64,000 nucleotides of DNA from an uncultured virus (IMG/VR IMGVR_UViG_3300006737_000028) (taxonomy: Duplodnaviria; Heunggongvirae; Uroviricota; Caudoviricetes): IMG/VR virus record IMGVR_UViG_3300006737_000028; one strand, 5' to 3'. This document shows positions 1 to 10,198 of the stretch, one piece after another. Every line of letters begins with the position of its first letter. The stretch's first letter is position 1. The position numbers and the translations under genes are program-made. The notes beneath the pieces are model-generated. The model saw nothing but the letters and a program-made list of their open reading frames with translations, was not told the DNA's origin and did no database searches.

Positions 1-408
1 AATGAAATCAGTAGACGTTATGTTTCGTTCGAACCAGACTTCTACTTTCCAGAATGGCGTGCTGCACCAACAGATGGTGCAAAGCAAGGATCTGATGGTC
101 TTCTAGACTACAACGCAAAGGCAAACGAACCTAATATCGATGCTGAATATCACCTTGCAATCCATGAGTGTCTTCGTGCATACGAAAGTCTAATCGAAAA
201 GGGTGTTGCTCCAGAACAGGCTAGATTCGTTCTTCCGCAAGCAATGTACACTGAGTGGTATTGGACTGGATCCCTTGCCGCGTATGCTCGATTCTATAAG
301 CAAAGAATCGATGAACATGCCCAATGGGAGATCCGACAATATGCACATGCTATTGGAGAACTGATTAGACCACAATTTCCGTTTTCTTGGGATTGCCTCG
401 TTTCCTAA
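1..408 (+). CDS. thyX: Flavin-dependent thymidylate synthase, 5'-truncated by the window
   Basis: Frame 1 reads NEISRRY...APEQARFVLPQAMYTEWYWTGSLAAYARFYKQR...HAQWEIRQYA to TAA at 406-408. These are ThyX signature motifs. Not in the ORF track. Confidence 0.93.
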   Translation, partial: NEISRRYVSFEPDFYFPEWRAAPTDGAKQGSDGLLDYNAKANEPNIDAEYHLAIHECLRAYESLIEKGVAPEQARFVLPQAMYTEWYWTGSLAAYARFYKQRIDEHAQWEIRQYAHAIGELIRPQFPFSWDCLVS

Positions 409-442
409 ATAGAATAGCGAGCAAACAAAGAATGGAGACTGT

Positions 443-3400
443 ATGTCGCGTAGAGGTAATAATCCAGCCAATGTAGATTTGCATATTATCAAAGGAAACG
501 CTGTCGCTTACCAATTTGATTGGTTTCCCGGCGGTGCTACCGGAGTAGATCTAAGTAACTACATTGGTAGACTTGATGTCAAACGGTCTCCATTCAACGA
601 CGATAAAATCCTTGAAGTCTCTGGATCTACCATCGACTCTGATGGTTCGATTAGTGATGCCCATGCCGCATACGCAACCGGAGGTAGAGGATTCACCAAT
701 CGAACTGATGGAACATTCGGTAATGGTTTCCTAGCACTAAACTTTGGGTTCTCGGGCAATGGCTATACATCCACAAATGGATCTATTGTTTTCCAGTTAG
801 ATTCTGAAATTGCACAGGAACTACCCGAAGGTAACCACCACTACGAGATGGAACTTCGTGGATCAGACCTCAACTCCACTACAAAACTCGCTAGAGGTTT
901 GTTTATGGTTGCTCCCGGTGGTGAAGCGGGTGCGTTCGGGCAGACTATTGTAAATCTGAAATCTGATGGTGCGACTACTGACGTTGGTGGTGGTGAGGGT
1001 GGAAAAGGACAGGCGGCACTTGAGATAGGTGTAACCGCCTCTACAAAACCCAAACCCACTCTCGGTGATGATGTTATCGGCGCCTCAGGTGCAACTACTG
1101 AATTCAACAATACACTAGACTACAAGCGTTGGGTAGATGGGGACATCTATGGTTTGGTTATTTTGTCGAATGATGATGATACCACCAGAGATGACTTCCG
1201 TGCAAGGGCAAGAACCCAGAGATATCCATTCCAAGAGCCCACTGGTGTTATGCCGAACTCACACCACACCGGATTCAACGCAGCACCACGACAAACAAAC
1301 TCACTGGGCAGTGAGGGATTCGCTGGTTACATAATCGGGGCGGGTGCAGCAGGTAAGGTTCCCGATGCTGGCGGAAACATGATCATCGGGTATGATCATC
1401 AATGTGAAGTGATCGATGCACAACCATTTGGTGGTCTGGGACGTACATCTCGCCAGACCAAGAGACCATCAATTACAAAGTTTGTGCATTGGGACGGTAG
1501 TCAAGTTCAAGGTTCTAGAGAATATACTTTTGCACATGGATTCAACAATGGAATGTATATTGACAACGAAGGTAAACTAAAGGCCAACATATCAGTTGGG
1601 TATGGCGCTCCCGAACCTGGCGTAGCGACACCAATTGATGATGCTTTATGCTTCTCTGAAATTTATGACCCGAACGGCCCATTTTCACTGGATAGCGGTT
1701 TCTTCGCTCCCATCGACACACGAATTGGTGAACTGTTCTTCAACTCCGATGATCCAAGGTTTGATCCCGACATCAGAGCAATTTCAGTTGCTCGTGCTGC
1801 CGATCAAGCGTTGGCTGTTCTCTGTAGTGATGGTGGTATCAGGGTTCTTGCGATAACAGATCCTTCGAGTTTTCCGTCCAATAGTCAATACTCCTCTCTT
1901 TGTTATTGGGATAAAGATGATGTAGCAGCCGGATTCTTCACAAATGAAGATGGAACTCCCGCCGTAATCGCAAACAACAATTTTGCTAGTGTTCAAATTT
2001 CAGGTGGTGGTGCAGGTGGTCAGGGAGTTGTTGTCTGGGCAATTGACAAACAGGGGAACTTGTTTGGTGCTGATGTTTGGACTCAGGTTGAAAATCAAGT
2101 AACGCAGAGTGAGGTGAATAGGGGTCAACGGAGAAAGATGAAACCCATTCCTCCACGGGTTTCTAGCACAACTAATCCAAACTGGATGACATTCAAAGAA
2201 AAAGCCATGACTGCGACTGCAAATCTGACTTTGCCTGATGGTCTTGGTGAGCAACCCTTCCTTGTCGATCTTTCTGGCAAAGGTTCATGTCTAAGACCAG
2301 ATCACGAACTCCATCCTGCTTTCTTGGAAACTGCTGGTGATGGTGATGAATTTGGAGTCGCCAATGGTATGGCTTTTTCCATTGCACAAACGATTCGTAG
2401 AATCCCCGTTCCTGCCGGTGCGACTGCAAGAATGCGAGCGTTGGAAGTCAAGCCCGGTTATGGGAATGGTGGTTGTGTTCTGTGTGTTGATGAGACAACC
2501 ACACCACAACCAACTCTACCATCTGGTATCACAACAGAGGTAGACAGACCTCTATACAAGGCTGAGATTGTTGCGTTGGGTGCTTTCGGATCAGGTCAAG
2601 TCACCGGGCCGGTCAGTCCTCGGGAGGTAGGAGGCGAATCTGCACACCCGGAACTTACAGGCGCGGTTGGGATTCAAAGACTACTCGATACACAGGTGAG
2701 AAGATACGGATCGTCAGGACCAACAGGAAGTAGTAGCAATACTGGCGGATGGACATATCCTGCAAACACCGAATACGATAAGGATCTGGAAAAGTATCTC
2801 TTTACCGACGAGGATGATAGCGGGAATACATGGTTCTGTCCTCCTGTTGTTGTTAGTCATAGCCGGGCGATGACTGGTATTATGACCGGCCAAAACGCTG
2901 GTAAAAATAGTATGCAGGCTTTGATTGTATCAAAGCCGTTCTCCTTCCCGCACTTCATGGGTTCTACTTTGATGGCAAGCGGGACATCTTTTGGAAATGC
3001 AACTTATGATGGACCCCCTTTCTCCGATTTCATAGCAACGTCAGGCGGAACAGCGACAGGATTTCCCAAAGGTTGGTGTTGGAACTCAGGAAGTCCTATA
3101 TCTGCCAAGTATGACTGTGAGGTAACACCACAGGGAAGTAAGCAAGGAGACGCAATCCCGAGCAGTTTCGATGGGTTCATTGTCGGTCTGGCAGGTCCAA
3201 TGACACAAGTCCATGGCATTACCATTGTACAGGGAGAGGAGGAAACGGAATTCCAAATCCACCCAACTGACTTACGAACTCTGAGTCTCGTCAACGGTAT
3301 GGGCAATCCACCCGGAGGATTTAGTGGTGCAGTCTATGGATCTGGTAGGGGTACTTATCGTTTCTTCGGAGTGCCTGAAGAGGGAACCGAGATCACTTTG

Positions 3401-4051
3401 GACGCAAGTGATCAATACTGCTTCAACTGGTTCAGTCACTACGATCCCGATTATGAGTACAACTACTGGGATCACACACACTGTGTGTTCAACAAACAAT
3501 TCACACATGTGGATGGTGGTACTGCCCCCGGACAAGCAGGTTACATTGAAGGTTCGGGATACGCACAAATCTTCGACTGGAATAAAACAGGATTCTCAGG
3601 CGGTTCCACTGCCAATCCGATTTTCTCCCGAGTCCCAGGCGCAAGTCTAGCGTTCCGAGATCGAGTTACTTGGTGGGAGGTCCAAGGTGATAGTGTTTTC
3701 CTAAACATGCAGTCAGGAAGGATCGATGCTTCATCTTATCGAACGGTGGACATCGACGCGATGATAGGCGAACCTGCGTGGGCCCCCGTGCTTCCGAAGT
3801 CTGCATACAACACCATACCGGAACCCGGACCACTGTGGGACGAACATCGAAACGGACCAGAAAACTATCTGTATCCCGGTGTCGGTGGACAAAACGCATC
3901 AGGCGATACTATTCAATTCGTAGTGAATGGACTTGTCACCTCTGAAGGCGGACACGCTGCGACTGGTGGGGTTACCACTGGTGGCATTCAAGACATCGTA
4001 TCATTCAAAGATAGTCGGCCTCCATCAGTTGGTTTTGGCTTGACAATCTAA
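443..4051 (+). CDS. Large Gly/Thr-rich putative virion structural protein (1202 aa)
   Basis: Long ORF with GGAG RBS and CTAAATA late-promoter-like motif at 405-411. N-terminal beta-rich adaptor-like domain (VDLSNY...HYEMEL...KLARG). Confidence 0.55.
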   Translation: MSRRGNNPANVDLHIIKGNAVAYQFDWFPGGATGVDLSNYIGRLDVKRSPFNDDKILEVSGSTIDSDGSISDAHAAYATGGRGFTNRTDGTFGNGFLALNFGFSGNGYTSTNGSIVFQLDSEIAQELPEGNHHYEMELRGSDLNSTTKLARGLFMVAPGGEAGAFGQTIVNLKSDGATTDVGGGEGGKGQAALEIGVTASTKPKPTLGDDVIGASGATTEFNNTLDYKRWVDGDIYGLVILSNDDDTTRDDFRARARTQRYPFQEPTGVMPNSHHTGFNAAPRQTNSLGSEGFAGYIIGAGAAGKVPDAGGNMIIGYDHQCEVIDAQPFGGLGRTSRQTKRPSITKFVHWDGSQVQGSREYTFAHGFNNGMYIDNEGKLKANISVGYGAPEPGVATPIDDALCFSEIYDPNGPFSLDSGFFAPIDTRIGELFFNSDDPRFDPDIRAISVARAADQALAVLCSDGGIRVLAITDPSSFPSNSQYSSLCYWDKDDVAAGFFTNEDGTPAVIANNNFASVQISGGGAGGQGVVVWAIDKQGNLFGADVWTQVENQVTQSEVNRGQRRKMKPIPPRVSSTTNPNWMTFKEKAMTATANLTLPDGLGEQPFLVDLSGKGSCLRPDHELHPAFLETAGDGDEFGVANGMAFSIAQTIRRIPVPAGATARMRALEVKPGYGNGGCVLCVDETTTPQPTLPSGITTEVDRPLYKAEIVALGAFGSGQVTGPVSPREVGGESAHPELTGAVGIQRLLDTQVRRYGSSGPTGSSSNTGGWTYPANTEYDKDLEKYLFTDEDDSGNTWFCPPVVVSHSRAMTGIMTGQNAGKNSMQALIVSKPFSFPHFMGSTLMASGTSFGNATYDGPPFSDFIATSGGTATGFPKGWCWNSGSPISAKYDCEVTPQGSKQGDAIPSSFDGFIVGLAGPMTQVHGITIVQGEEETEFQIHPTDLRTLSLVNGMGNPPGGFSGAVYGSGRGTYRFFGVPEEGTEITLDASDQYCFNWFSHYDPDYEYNYWDHTHCVFNKQFTHVDGGTAPGQAGYIEGSGYAQIFDWNKTGFSGGSTANPIFSRVPGASLAFRDRVTWWEVQGDSVFLNMQSGRIDASSYRTVDIDAMIGEPAWAPVLPKSAYNTIPEPGPLWDEHRNGPENYLYPGVGGQNASGDTIQFVVNGLVTSEGGHAATGGVTTGGIQDIVSFKDSRPPSVGFGLTI

Positions 4052-4067
4052 TCAAATACCCTATAAT
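4040..4067 (+). promoter_or_regulatory. sigma70-type promoter upstream of nrdJ, followed by a late-type CTAAATA at 4075-4081
   Basis: TTGACA-16 nt-TATAAT. Confidence 0.8.
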
Positions 4068-4109
4068 CATCAGACTAAATACCATGCACTCAAAAAGGAA
4101 AGTTGTTAC

Positions 4110-6050
4110 ATGAAGAACCTACCGTCATTATATCAAGATTTTATTCATCTCAGTCGTTACTCTCGTTGGTTGCCAGAGGAGGGTCGTCGTGAGCAATGGG
4201 ATGAAACTGTGAAGCGGTACTTTGACTTCTTTGAACAACACCTAGAGGACAAGCATAACCATAAGGTATCTAAGAAGGACCGAAAAGAACTTGAAGATGC
4301 AGTGATCAATCTTGAGATCATGCCTTCTATGCGGGCACTAATGACCGCTGGTGAAGCACTCACGAGAGATCATGTTGCTGGTTACAACTGCTCATACGTT
4401 GCGGTAAATCGTATGCGGGCGTTTGATGAGATTCTTTATGTTCTTATGTGTGGTACTGGTGTTGGTTTTTCTGTAGAACGTGCTGAAGTAGATCAACTTC
4501 CTGTTTTGGCTGAGGACTTCCACGATAGCGATACTACTATCGTTGTTGCAGATTCTAAGATTGGATGGTCAAAGGCATACAAGGAACTCATCGCTCTCCT
4601 CATGAACGGTCAGGTTCCAAACTGGGATGTGAGTAAGGTTCGTGCAGCAGGTGAAAGACTCAAGACCTTTGGTGGTCGTGCTTCTGGTCCCGAACCACTT
4701 GTAGACCTATTTGACTTCACGGTGAATACCTTCAAGAAGGCTGCCGGTCGTAGACTCACCACCATCGAGTGTCATGATATCGTTTGTAAGATCGCTGAGA
4801 TCGTCGTGGTCGGTGGTGTTCGCCGTTCTGCTCTTATCTCATTGTCATCTCTCATGGATGACCGTATGCGTGATGCAAAGTCCGGTCAGTGGTGGATGTC
4901 AGAACCGCAACGTGCATTGGCAAACAACTCTGCCGTGTACAATGGTGGTCCCACTGAGATTGGTACGTTCATGCGTGAGTGGATGGCACTCTATGAGTCG
5001 AAGAGTGGTGAGCGTGGTATCTTCAATCGAACAGCAAGTAAGAATCAGTGTAAGAGACTCGCTGAGATCCGAGGAGATGGACACGTTCATCGTGATTCCG
5101 AACATCGCTTTGGAACCAACCCCTGCTCCGAGATTATTCTCCGCGACTGTGAGTTCTGTAATCTAACAGAGGTTGTGTGTCGTGATGGTGATACTGTGAA
5201 TGACTTGAAGAGAAAGGTTCGCCTTGCAACGATTTTGGGCACATGGCAGTCAACACTTACCGACTTCCGTTATCTCTCTTCGTCGTGGAAGAAGAACTGC
5301 GAAGAAGAAAGACTTCTTGGTGTTTCTCTCACAGGGATCATGGATTGCGAAACCACTAGACTCGCCAACGCAGAACACTTGACTAAGTTGCGTACTATCT
5401 GCATCGAGACAAACCGAGAACATGCAAACAAGATCGGTGTCGAGCAGTCTGCTGCTACAACTTGTGTGAAACCATCAGGAACGGTTTCTCAGTTGGTAGA
5501 CGCTGCTTCTGGTATCCACGCAAGACACAATGACTTCTATGTTCGTACTGTTCGTGCAGACAACAAGGATCCTCTGTGTCAGTTCATGAAGGATGAGGGA
5601 TTCCCGTACGAACCATGTGCAATGAAACCAGATCATGTCACCGTGTTCTCGTTCCCTATTGCATCACCAAAGGGTTGTGTGACACGAACCGACATGACTG
5701 CCATTGAGCAGTTGGAGATGTGGTTGCAGTATCAACGACACTGGTGTGAGCATAAGCCTTCTGTTACCATCACGGTCAAGGAACCCGAGTGGATGGAAGT
5801 TGGTGCGTGGGTATGGAATCACCTAAATGAATGTTCTGGTATCTCATTCCTTCCGTTCTCGGATCACACATACAAGCAGGCACCATATCAAGACTGTGTG
5901 GAGTCCGACTATCACGAACTTCGTTCTAAGATGCCCACTGATATTGACTGGACAAAACTCAAGTCATACGAAGAGCAGGATAATACGTCTGGAACTCAGA
6001 CATATGCTTGCTCTGGTGAGTCATGTGAAGTTGTTGATCTAACCTCCTAA
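4110..6050 (+). CDS. nrdJ: Ribonucleotide reductase, class II (adenosylcobalamin-dependent)
   Basis: YNCS, VVVGGVRRSA, GTNPCSEI, TCVKPSGTVSQL and C-terminal ACSGESCE motifs; no beta-subunit gene adjacent. Confidence 0.9.
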   Translation: MKNLPSLYQDFIHLSRYSRWLPEEGRREQWDETVKRYFDFFEQHLEDKHNHKVSKKDRKELEDAVINLEIMPSMRALMTAGEALTRDHVAGYNCSYVAVNRMRAFDEILYVLMCGTGVGFSVERAEVDQLPVLAEDFHDSDTTIVVADSKIGWSKAYKELIALLMNGQVPNWDVSKVRAAGERLKTFGGRASGPEPLVDLFDFTVNTFKKAAGRRLTTIECHDIVCKIAEIVVVGGVRRSALISLSSLMDDRMRDAKSGQWWMSEPQRALANNSAVYNGGPTEIGTFMREWMALYESKSGERGIFNRTASKNQCKRLAEIRGDGHVHRDSEHRFGTNPCSEIILRDCEFCNLTEVVCRDGDTVNDLKRKVRLATILGTWQSTLTDFRYLSSSWKKNCEEERLLGVSLTGIMDCETTRLANAEHLTKLRTICIETNREHANKIGVEQSAATTCVKPSGTVSQLVDAASGIHARHNDFYVRTVRADNKDPLCQFMKDEGFPYEPCAMKPDHVTVFSFPIASPKGCVTRTDMTAIEQLEMWLQYQRHWCEHKPSVTITVKEPEWMEVGAWVWNHLNECSGISFLPFSDHTYKQAPYQDCVESDYHELRSKMPTDIDWTKLKSYEEQDNTSGTQTYACSGESCEVVDLTS

Positions 6051-6065
6051 ATAAAGAGGGTACAC

Positions 6066-6278
6066 ATGGACGAAAAGAGTTTCAGAAAGACACTACGTCA
6101 CATAGGACTCGGAGATACACTCGCAAGTATCATCCATCGTGCTACCTTCGGGAAGGTCCACCCATGCTCCTCTTGTCAGAAAAGACGAGAGTTGCTGAAC
6201 GACTTTTTCCCATACAAGGAGAGTAAGGATGAACGAGATGAAGCAAGTGGTGATAGCGGGAGTGGACTACAGTCTTAG
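6066..6278 (+). CDS. Hypothetical protein with GLGD...PCxxC motif
   Basis: ORF with GAGGG RBS and CTAAATA at 6047-6053. Confidence 0.6.
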   Translation: MDEKSFRKTLRHIGLGDTLASIIHRATFGKVHPCSSCQKRRELLNDFFPYKESKDERDEASGDSGSGLQS

Positions 6279-6819
6279 AGGACCAGCCATTTGCATATGG
6301 ACTGGAGATGATTCTAGGCAGTTCAGTTACAAAGACTGTCAGTTTTACTTTCTAACAGATGTCAAGTCCAAAGCAAAGGTGTACGAGAGTCGGATCTTTG
6401 GTGAGAACTTCATGGAGTACTCATGTGATGAGTCTCGATACGATACTATCTCAGACTGGGCAATGGACAAACTCAGAGGGTGTGAGGAAGTTGCTATTGA
6501 GGGATATGCCTACGGTGCAACCGGCCGTGTTTTCAATATCGCAGAGAACACAGGTATCCTAAAGTACAAACTCTATGATGCTACCATACCGATTGAAATC
6601 ATCCCCCCGCAAGCAGTGAAGAAAGTTGCAACGGGTAAGGGCAATGCCAAGAAAGATGCGATGCACGCCGCTTGGTATGCAGAGACGGGGATCAACCTAC
6701 AAGGGGCGATCTCTCCGAAGAAGAGTGTTGTAGACTCTCCTGTTTCTGATGTTGTAGATGCGTACTATATCTGCAAGTGTCTATGGAAGAACATGCAGAA
6801 GAGAACGTGGGGCCCTTAG
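6229..6819 (+). CDS. RuvC-like Holliday junction resolvase (RNase H fold)
   Basis: IAGVDYSL, VAIEGYAYG, IPPQAVKKVATGKGNAKK and SDVVDAY motifs. Confidence 0.8.
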   Translation: MNEMKQVVIAGVDYSLRGPAICIWTGDDSRQFSYKDCQFYFLTDVKSKAKVYESRIFGENFMEYSCDESRYDTISDWAMDKLRGCEEVAIEGYAYGATGRVFNIAENTGILKYKLYDATIPIEIIPPQAVKKVATGKGNAKKDAMHAAWYAETGINLQGAISPKKSVVDSPVSDVVDAYYICKCLWKNMQKRTWGP

Positions 6820-7040
6820 AGATCGCCGTTGGTAGACCAATGCTTCTCAGTGAGTCGGTCAACTTGCTCTTCTAACTTGTGGATATCTTCGCGTTGACGA
6901 TCAACGTCTTTGCGTAGGTCATCGATCTTCGTTGATAGTTGTGTGACCTTGTGTGAAATATTCCACACGAACCCAACGAGTCCAAATAGTAGAGCAGTGA
7001 TAATCGCTTCAGGATCTATTAGACTTTGCAGTACTTCCAC
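6816..7040 (-). CDS. Small membrane protein (TM helix plus coiled coil)
   Basis: Hydrophobic N-terminus followed by a heptad-rich tail. Confidence 0.65.
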   Translation of the reverse strand: MEVLQSLIDPEAIITALLFGLVGFVWNISHKVTQLSTKIDDLRKDVDRQREDIHKLEEQVDRLTEKHWSTNGDL

Positions 7041-7260
7041 GGAATTCCCTCCAAGTCAACCAACCAACAATACCAAGAAGAAGAAGGTATGCCCCGATAG
7101 GCAACCACCCCGTGGTTGTCTCAACGGGAATCTGTGCCATCACAGTACCATCATCAAGTGGCGGAATAGATTTCGTTGGGACTGATTCTACAATCTTGAC
7201 GCCATCTTGACATCCAAGGACAATCAGACAACACATCATACTTATCGCGATTCTTTTCAT
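7009..7260 (-). CDS. Putative lipoprotein with C-terminal TM helix (unimolecular-spanin-like architecture)
   Basis: MKR...LIVLG-C lipobox-like signal; C-terminal hydrophobic segment followed by basic residues. Confidence 0.5.
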   Translation of the reverse strand: MKRIAISMMCCLIVLGCQDGVKIVESVPTKSIPPLDDGTVMAQIPVETTTGWLPIGAYLLLLGIVGWLTWREFRGSTAKSNRS

Positions 7261-7709
7261 CGTGTTTTCCCTACAGCAGCACCAAAGTAAAAACCGACAA
7301 TGGTCACGAGAATCTGTCTATTCTCTTGTGTGAACAAATATCCTCTGATCACTTCAAAGGAGACTGTCTCGGTTGTTCCGAAAAGACCGAATAGATCAAG
7401 TGGTGCGTACTTTCTTTCAGTCAGTTCTACTACCACGGGAATCCCGAAGAATGGTAGAAGAAAGGGAGCGAGGATAGTGCCAAATAGGATTGCAAGAACG
7501 ATGACTCTTCGTACCCACTTGCCTGCCTCCACTCCAACACGCTTCACTGCCTCGTTAGCGTGTTCGTTTCTTTTGGTAGATGCTTCGATCATTCGGTTGA
7601 AGCGTTCTTGTTCGTTCGCTCTCTTCTCGGCCATTGCCTTGAAAAGAAATCCCGTGACGCTGCCGCCAACCAGAGATAGAAACTCTGTTGTTAGTAGTCC
7701 CTCAAGCAT
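7257..7709 (-). CDS. Membrane protein, possible holin
   Basis: Three hydrophobic segments, ending IVGFYFG plus a basic tail. Confidence 0.5.
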   Translation of the reverse strand: MLEGLLTTEFLSLVGGSVTGFLFKAMAEKRANEQERFNRMIEASTKRNEHANEAVKRVGVEAGKWVRRVIVLAILFGTILAPFLLPFFGIPVVVELTERKYAPLDLFGLFGTTETVSFEVIRGYLFTQENRQILVTIVGFYFGAAVGKTR

Positions 7710-7717
7710 AGTTTACC

Positions 7718-10198
7718 TCACTTGGCTTTGACCGCCGAGTATGCGAATTGAACCAACTTGATAAAGTTGCCCATCTTTGCATTGATCTTCTCGACGAACT
7801 TCTTCTTGTTCTTATCATTGAGTGCATCATAGACAGTCATAAGTACGTTCGCAGTCATCATATCAACCTTCTGCTTCCCATCAGGGAACTTGACAGTCAT
7901 CATACTCTTATCAGCGACAATCTTCTTGATGTCATCGAATGGTGCTTCCTTGATTACCCAACGATCACGAAGGACAGGAGTCATGTTTGCTGCAAGGATT
8001 TCTACCTCACTAACAGGGAACTCATTGTCGAACGACTCGTTGATTGAAGACACATCATCGATCTCATGACTTTCCTTCATGGCCATCTTGGTAGCAGTCG
8101 CATACATCACTTCGTCTGCCTGATCACCGTAACGTGCCTTGAAGTCATCCTTCTTCTTCTTCATGGACTTGACAATCTTCTCTCGCTTATCCATCTCAGC
8201 GTCAGTCATCTTGTCTTCGAGAGTATCGACAACCTTATCCATCGACTTATTGGGGTCGAGTTTGACCTTCATCTTCTTGCCCTCTTGCACATCTTCTTGA
8301 ACCTTTACGACTCCACCAGAAACCCCTTGACTAAAGAATTTATTGAAATCACTCTTGCTCTTGAAAGTCATTTTCACCATATTGGGTCGCCCCTCAATTC
8401 TTTTATCAAGTTCACTAAACCCTGTCATCGAACCACTATTTTGAAATTCTTTCACTCGGCTCATAAATTTTGTTTTTGACCCTTTGAATTGAAAAGTAAC
8501 TTCATATGCCTCGACAATCTGCACATCTTCTTTCTTCATACCGGGATAGGACTTCATGATGAATGCTGCTGCTTTCTTGACATCGCCCTTGAACTTCCTG
8601 AGCATGTTGCGAACAAGAGTGCCATCCTGCTCGCCACCCATACGATACCCGTTCTTTTTGAGAATGTCGAAGACCTTCTTATCTTCGCTCTTAGCATAGT
8701 TCTTCAGCATCTTATCATAATCGGACGATGCCTTTGAGCGTTTCTGAAACATCTCATCATCGAACTTGCCTTCTTCGAGTTCGGTGTCTTCCTTCTTGTC
8801 CTTCTTATCTTTCGCCTTATATCCGCTGGCGAAAGCAGCACGCCGTTGAGCGTCACTTGAGAAACCCTCATCGGTTGACATCTTGACTTCTCTTGGTGAT
8901 ACGGCCATGTCGCCTTGGGCCATGCTGATCTTATCATCACGGTTGTACCAGAAGTACTTTACACCGCCCATGTTATCAACACTCTTGAAGATGATACGAC
9001 CAACCTTGGACTTACCCACCACACGGTGTGGACTGGTCACAATGAGAGTCATGGGATCTTTACCCTTGCGAACCGAGGAATCGAAGGTGACATCGATCTT
9101 GTCGCCCTTCTTGAGTTTCTTGTACATCGCAAGAAGTTGCTTCTGATCGACTGCTTCATCAAGTTCAATGGCTTCATCAATCTGCACATCATCCTTGAGA
9201 TTCATTTCATCCCAACCTTTTAGCCATTGCTTCATTACTTCATTCTTATCTTGACCTTTGGCGAAACCTTTCAATGACACAAGATTTGGATCTTTGATAG
9301 GTACTCGCTTCTTGCCCGCCTTGAATGCGTTTTTCCCAAGCACCAATGCCTGTTTCAGCAATCTAGAGTCGTAGTTTGGAGTTACGGATTCATCAAGTTC
9401 AGTCTCTTCGGTCTGACGGTGTGCCGATAGGGAGACCTTCTTCTGTGCCTTGACTTCCATGCCAGTCTTCTTCTCGAACTGACCACCGAACGCCTTGTTG
9501 AGTGCCGCTCTTGCTTCGACAACATTCATGGGATTTACCATGATCTTACCCTTTTCGGTGTGGAATCCAATACCCTTCTTCTTCAAGACCTTCTTGATCT
9601 TGTCGATCTCGGGGTAGACATCCTTTGCACGGACGATCTCATCGACCTGAGTTTCTTCCATGACATCTTTTACTTGGAGATACATGTCCGACAGTGGGTC
9701 GTAATACTTGCCTGCTTTCTTGTCGTAGTAGTAGACCTGACCAGACTTCTTGCTACGGTATGGTCCCTCAAGACCTTCCTTCTCACGGTTCGGGAAACGA
9801 TCTCTATCAATAGGCGTGACAACCATGCCACCCAACTTGCCTTGTGCCTTCATCTTGTTGTAGTGTGCTTTCGCAGACATCTCTTCAAGATGCTCTTCGA
9901 TATGCTCTTCTGTCTCTTCCATAAAGTCAACATGCTCTTGAAAGGAAGCGAACAAGCGTTGACCAGCATACTTGCCTTTGACATCGGGAATGCCACGCTC
10001 ACGACGATCTCTCGCGTCGGAGGCACCATCTAGTTTCTTCATGATTCTCTCTGCTGCCTTCTTGTCGAGATCATGGAACATACCGATAGGCCCACGGTCA
10101 GTCTGGCGAAGGATGGAGTATGTACCGTCCTTACGCTTCTTCATCATGTACTCTTTCTTAGGAGGTGTTCCTCCACGGTCGTATCGTGCCTCGTCCAT
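7718..10198 (-). CDS. Lys-rich modular protein, putative head-internal polyprotein
   Basis: 826 aa of basic modules separated by about 10 acidic (L/I/V)xE linkers. Confidence 0.6.
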   Translation of the reverse strand: MDEARYDRGGTPPKKEYMMKKRKDGTYSILRQTDRGPIGMFHDLDKKAAERIMKKLDGASDARDRRERGIPDVKGKYAGQRLFASFQEHVDFMEETEEHIEEHLEEMSAKAHYNKMKAQGKLGGMVVTPIDRDRFPNREKEGLEGPYRSKKSGQVYYYDKKAGKYYDPLSDMYLQVKDVMEETQVDEIVRAKDVYPEIDKIKKVLKKKGIGFHTEKGKIMVNPMNVVEARAALNKAFGGQFEKKTGMEVKAQKKVSLSAHRQTEETELDESVTPNYDSRLLKQALVLGKNAFKAGKKRVPIKDPNLVSLKGFAKGQDKNEVMKQWLKGWDEMNLKDDVQIDEAIELDEAVDQKQLLAMYKKLKKGDKIDVTFDSSVRKGKDPMTLIVTSPHRVVGKSKVGRIIFKSVDNMGGVKYFWYNRDDKISMAQGDMAVSPREVKMSTDEGFSSDAQRRAAFASGYKAKDKKDKKEDTELEEGKFDDEMFQKRSKASSDYDKMLKNYAKSEDKKVFDILKKNGYRMGGEQDGTLVRNMLRKFKGDVKKAAAFIMKSYPGMKKEDVQIVEAYEVTFQFKGSKTKFMSRVKEFQNSGSMTGFSELDKRIEGRPNMVKMTFKSKSDFNKFFSQGVSGGVVKVQEDVQEGKKMKVKLDPNKSMDKVVDTLEDKMTDAEMDKREKIVKSMKKKKDDFKARYGDQADEVMYATATKMAMKESHEIDDVSSINESFDNEFPVSEVEILAANMTPVLRDRWVIKEAPFDDIKKIVADKSMMTVKFPDGKQKVDMMTANVLMTVYDALNDKNKKKFVEKINAKMGNFIKLVQFAYSAVKAK

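Noticed and set aside
190..492. Minus-strand 100-aa ORF
   Set aside because: Antisense shadow of thyX.
4110..6050. Intron or intein in nrdJ
   Set aside because: The ORF is continuous and compact, with no splicing motifs seen.
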